Assembly (NCBI GenBank): GCA_964618805.1
Contig: CAZUBM010000012.1
Span: forward strand, 1-64,000
DNA: 64,000 bases
Direction of reading: 5' to 3'
Origin: an uncultured Nitrososphaerota archaeon
Lineage (GTDB): Archaea; Korarchaeota; Korarchaeia; Korarchaeales; Korarchaeaceae
Position numbers and translations under genes: made by a program. This document shows positions 60,802-64,000 of this stretch, piece after piece. Numbering within the stretch: position 1 is the stretch's first letter; each line of letters opens with the position of its first letter. The notes under the pieces are model-generated. The model was not told the DNA's origin, ran no database searches, and worked only from the letters and a program-made list of their open reading frames with translations.

Positions 60802-60922
60802 GCCCGGGTAGCTCAGACCGGGAGAAAAATTCATGGAGAATGTTCCGTTTCCCGAAAGCGCTCGGCTGAAGAGTCCATACGAAGAAACCGAGCGGTCCCG
60901 GGTTCAAATCCCGGCCCGGGCA
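60802..60922 (+). tRNA. tRNA-Phe(GAA) with two introns (22/23: 60825-60856; 37/38: 60872-60886)
   Basis: GCCCGGG/CCCGGGC acceptor; removing both inserts gives a normal cloverleaf with CTGAAGA loop; CGGG/CCCG BHB-like helix. Confidence 0.9.
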
Positions 60923-61741
60923 TACTTTCTTCATTTTCTTGGGAAAAATCTCCTGTTTTATGAGAGATCGATTGTAGGACGAGCGTTGCCCCTTATCTTA
61001 GTTCATGACCTTTCTCCTGAGTCAGATATCCCTTTTAGTAAGAAGAAAATCCTCTGAATGGCTTAGGAGTCTCTAAAACACATAGTAACTTAAGGCGGGT
61101 CTCAGTTATCTGAGAATTCCTTGGGTGCTGCTATTGTAAGAACTCGTCACTTCTCTTCTAGCAAATCCATGTCTGAACCTAAACTTCTGAGACCTTACAC
61201 GCCTCGGAATACTCGAACTCCATGGTCTAGACATTTCAACAACTTCTATTGAGCTTTTTCCGAATCAAGCTTTGACATGGGGCCTGAAAAAGTAGTACAA
61301 GAAAAGTGCTAAGATGAAGGCATTTATTACGTTGAACCACAATCCAATTGCTATCGAAATTATTGCAATTACAATTCCAATCAGGTAGACGGCAACTACA
61401 ATGTTCCACGCCCACCCCTTTCCTTTCCAGAGACCCCAAGCGATCAGGATGCCAAATAACCTTGCTCCCAGGGAAATGATTCAAATTTCAGGGAATTCAA
61501 AGGATATGAAAGAGAACATAACATAATACATGATGCCTGCGACTACGTGCAGGGCACCACCTGAAGCTATTAAGAGCGCAAGTATAGCAATACCTAAGAG
61601 CATCTTTTTCCTTTTACTACACTTTTCCAAAAATCCTCATTTTAAATTGAGTTTAAACATTCATAAAATGAATGTCCGAAAACCCCATGCTCGGACTGTG
61701 CAACATAAAATCAGGAAGTTCTTAGGCCTAGGCAGATCGGA

Positions 61742-64000
61742 TCAAGAAATTAAAGAATATTTAGCGAGCCCGCCAATTGTGATTAACATATTCGAGGTAT
61801 GAGAAGTTTGTGCAAGCAATTTTGGGCGAGTAAAACAAACTGCATAACCCTTGTTATTTTTAGTGGTTTTAAGCTCTCTAAATGCTTGATAGTATTCACT
61901 CAATACTAACTCGGCAGGCTTTCCTCGGATGGTTTCGTCCTTGCTTTCGGGAAGAGTTATGTAAGAATAGCCAAAAGGCAGGAAGCCAACAATCCACTCC
62001 CTTTCGGCGATCGAGCGGAAAACGGCTTCATAAATTCTGGCCTGTTCTTCCAAATCCAGCACTACGCTTGCATCTTCCTCAAAGAAGGCTGAAATATAGG
62101 GGGTTGATTGGCACCATTATTGATGCTTGGATAGGCAAACTGGGTGATTACAATGGGCTTTTTGAATTCCTCATACATCCACTTTACCTCTTTGTCAAAG
62201 TAGGAATCGAAAGCCATTTTCAACTCTTCTACGCTTGCGTCCTCAGATACACCAAGATCCTTCCAGACAGAAACGCCTATGAAATCCACTAACTCATAGT
62301 GAGTGTAACCCGTGGTGGGGCCATCAACGATCAGGTACCCACTGAATAGATTACGCATCTCCTGAATGATGCTACGCATGTAATCATCGACTTTCTTCCT
62401 CAGATCCGGATCATCGTATTGAAAGAGCTGAACTCCGTGAAGTTGCAGCGCATCCACTCCTAAGTCCTCTGCAAGTTTAGCGTGGTAAAGATAAAACTTC
62501 TTGGCCTCTTGGTACCATTGGTCGTACCATTCCTCAGAATGAGGAGCCCAGAAAGACATGCCGGCGATTGGACTTTCATCCATGAGTAGGGATAAATATA
62601 CCTTCTTTCCTTTAGATTGTAGTTCTTGAACCACCGCTTTCAATTCCTTTGCTGGCATGGAGCTGACAAAAACCCGGACACTTCGAGTGGAGAGTTTCGG
62701 TACAGGTTCTGCTTTTTCCCATCCCACCCGTGTGCCAATGCAACCCAGTCGGCATTGATATCATCGAGACGATCAAGACTAGCACTAATAAGCGGGGTAA
62801 TACTTGGCCACCAGAAGTCGCTGAAGAAAATTCCGTTAATGAACAGATCTCTCGGTTTAATCTCAACGACTTGAAACTCATAAGGTGGTGGATAGTCCCC
62901 CTCTGGGTACCATCTCCATGCCTGAACTTCATCCTCGACGACTAGGTCGCTCTCAGAGATTACCACGGTTCTAAATTCTTGCAAATCATCTAGGTGCTCG
63001 TGTCCCATACCTCCTAATCCACGAACATACTTGTAGTTCCAGGTGCCAGGACCAGCGAAGTAGGTAAAGGTCCATCGATTATCAGATATTTTATCCATGG
63101 GCAAGATCGGCCCTCCAACATCGATGAAAATAGGTTCATTGGGTGGAGTATTAGCTGGAACCCTAACATTCAGAGTCAGCATTACCTCACAGCTAACGCT
63201 CCAAGTCTCAATCTTATCATCCCTTATTTCATCAGAACTCCCCACCACAAAACTTCTTATCACAGCCTCTCCAGTTAAAGAGCGTTCTTGGTTTAACCCG
63301 AGAGTGTAAATGTATTCTACATAGGTCCCTTCGTACAGCTCAACGGTGGCTGAAATTTGTTTTCAGAAATGCGCTCCATATTAACCCACCTGGCCGGATC
63401 TGGAGCAAGGTTATTCAACAACCAGCATATTGAACCTAGCTGATAGACATTTCCTGAAATCTTGACAATTGCGTTTTTTTGGCGTTCGTTTTGGAACAAT
63501 AACGTTAAAGGTAACGTTCACCCGGCGCGCTGGCTCTAATCTAAAGTTGATGACTGCAGTCTCCCTAGGTTTTACTTCCACTACCTTTGAGAATGGCTTG
63601 TAATCGCCCAGCGTAGTGACTACCGTTACTCGTTGTTTTCCTACTGGAACTCCTTCAAAAACGAATTTTCCTTCATGATCGGTTCCCAAGTGTACTCCAG
63701 CTATTGAGACCGTGGCATCAATAAGAGGGGCTCCTGTCTTGTTATCTCGAACAGTTCCAATGACGGTTCCTTTTAAGGGTGAAGATGAAATACCTCCAAC
63801 AGACCACCCAGTCCTCTACGAATCTAGTAGAAGGGGAAACTAATAGATATCTGAAATTGATTTCGGTATTTTCGTCAAAGCTTTCGCGGGAGACTTCCCA
63901 TTCTTTCCGGCCCTTGCAACCTAGCTCATGAGTATATCTAAGCAGACTTCCCTCCAATAAATCATTGACCTGAGCTGACCAAGTATTATCATCTTTAGCT
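61742..64000 (-). pseudogene. Multiply frameshifted secreted protein: carboxypeptidase-regulatory/CBM20-like domains plus GH113-like TIM barrel
   Basis: Successive frames TDHEGKFVFEGVPVG, NVRVPANTPPNEPI, KPIVITQFAYPS, LDLEEQARIYEAVF, TIRGKPAE. Confidence 0.68.
61781..61859 (-). other. attC-like site
   Basis: Minus strand AAATAAC..GGTTATG.AGTTTGT..ACAAACT..CATACC..GTTAATC; at the 3' end of a gene; shares TCGYCCAAA core with the 50.6-kb site. Confidence 0.55.

Noticed and set aside
60833-61057. 74-aa ORF
   Set aside because: Starts inside the tRNA-Phe intron; spurious
61082-61118. GTAAC..GTTATCTGAGAATT, possible further attC remnant
   Set aside because: Too short, with no L-box arms; only the core end resembles the other sites
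61230-61256. ATTTCAACAACTTCTATTGAGC resembles a CRISPR repeat end
   Set aside because: Single copy, no spacer periodicity, no cas genes

Overview
Archaeal chromosome segment, probably TACK and Korarchaeota-like; this placement is inferred only from gene content and non-canonical tRNA introns. Three zones. (1) Core genome at 1-27.7 kb and 56-59.7 kb: cdc6, an ECF module, rps3ae, ychF, the rpl15e/RNase P/proteasome/exosome superoperon, cca, eno, pheST, rpoE1-spt4-rps24e-rps27ae, rsmA, rtcB, psmB-aCPSF1 and SmAP-rpl37e. The window has five tRNAs, three with BHB introns; tRNA-Phe has two. (2) A ~28-kb accessory island at ~27.75-55.95 kb, bracketed by degenerate homologous ORF remnants. It carries MNT-HEPN and two AbiE-type TA modules with paired operators, a second divergent Cdc6-like initiator, an operon of three tiny Zn-finger genes plus a HerA/FtsK-type ATPase-wHTH-PD-(D/E)xK fusion, large Cys/Thr-rich and transglutaminase/C39-like surface proteins, tyrosine-integrase fragments and an apparent integron-type gene cassette (R' core site, ORFs, attC-like site). 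(3) A decayed accessory region after tRNA-Ala/tRNA-Phe with a second attC-like site. All calls are by eye; no database searches were run.
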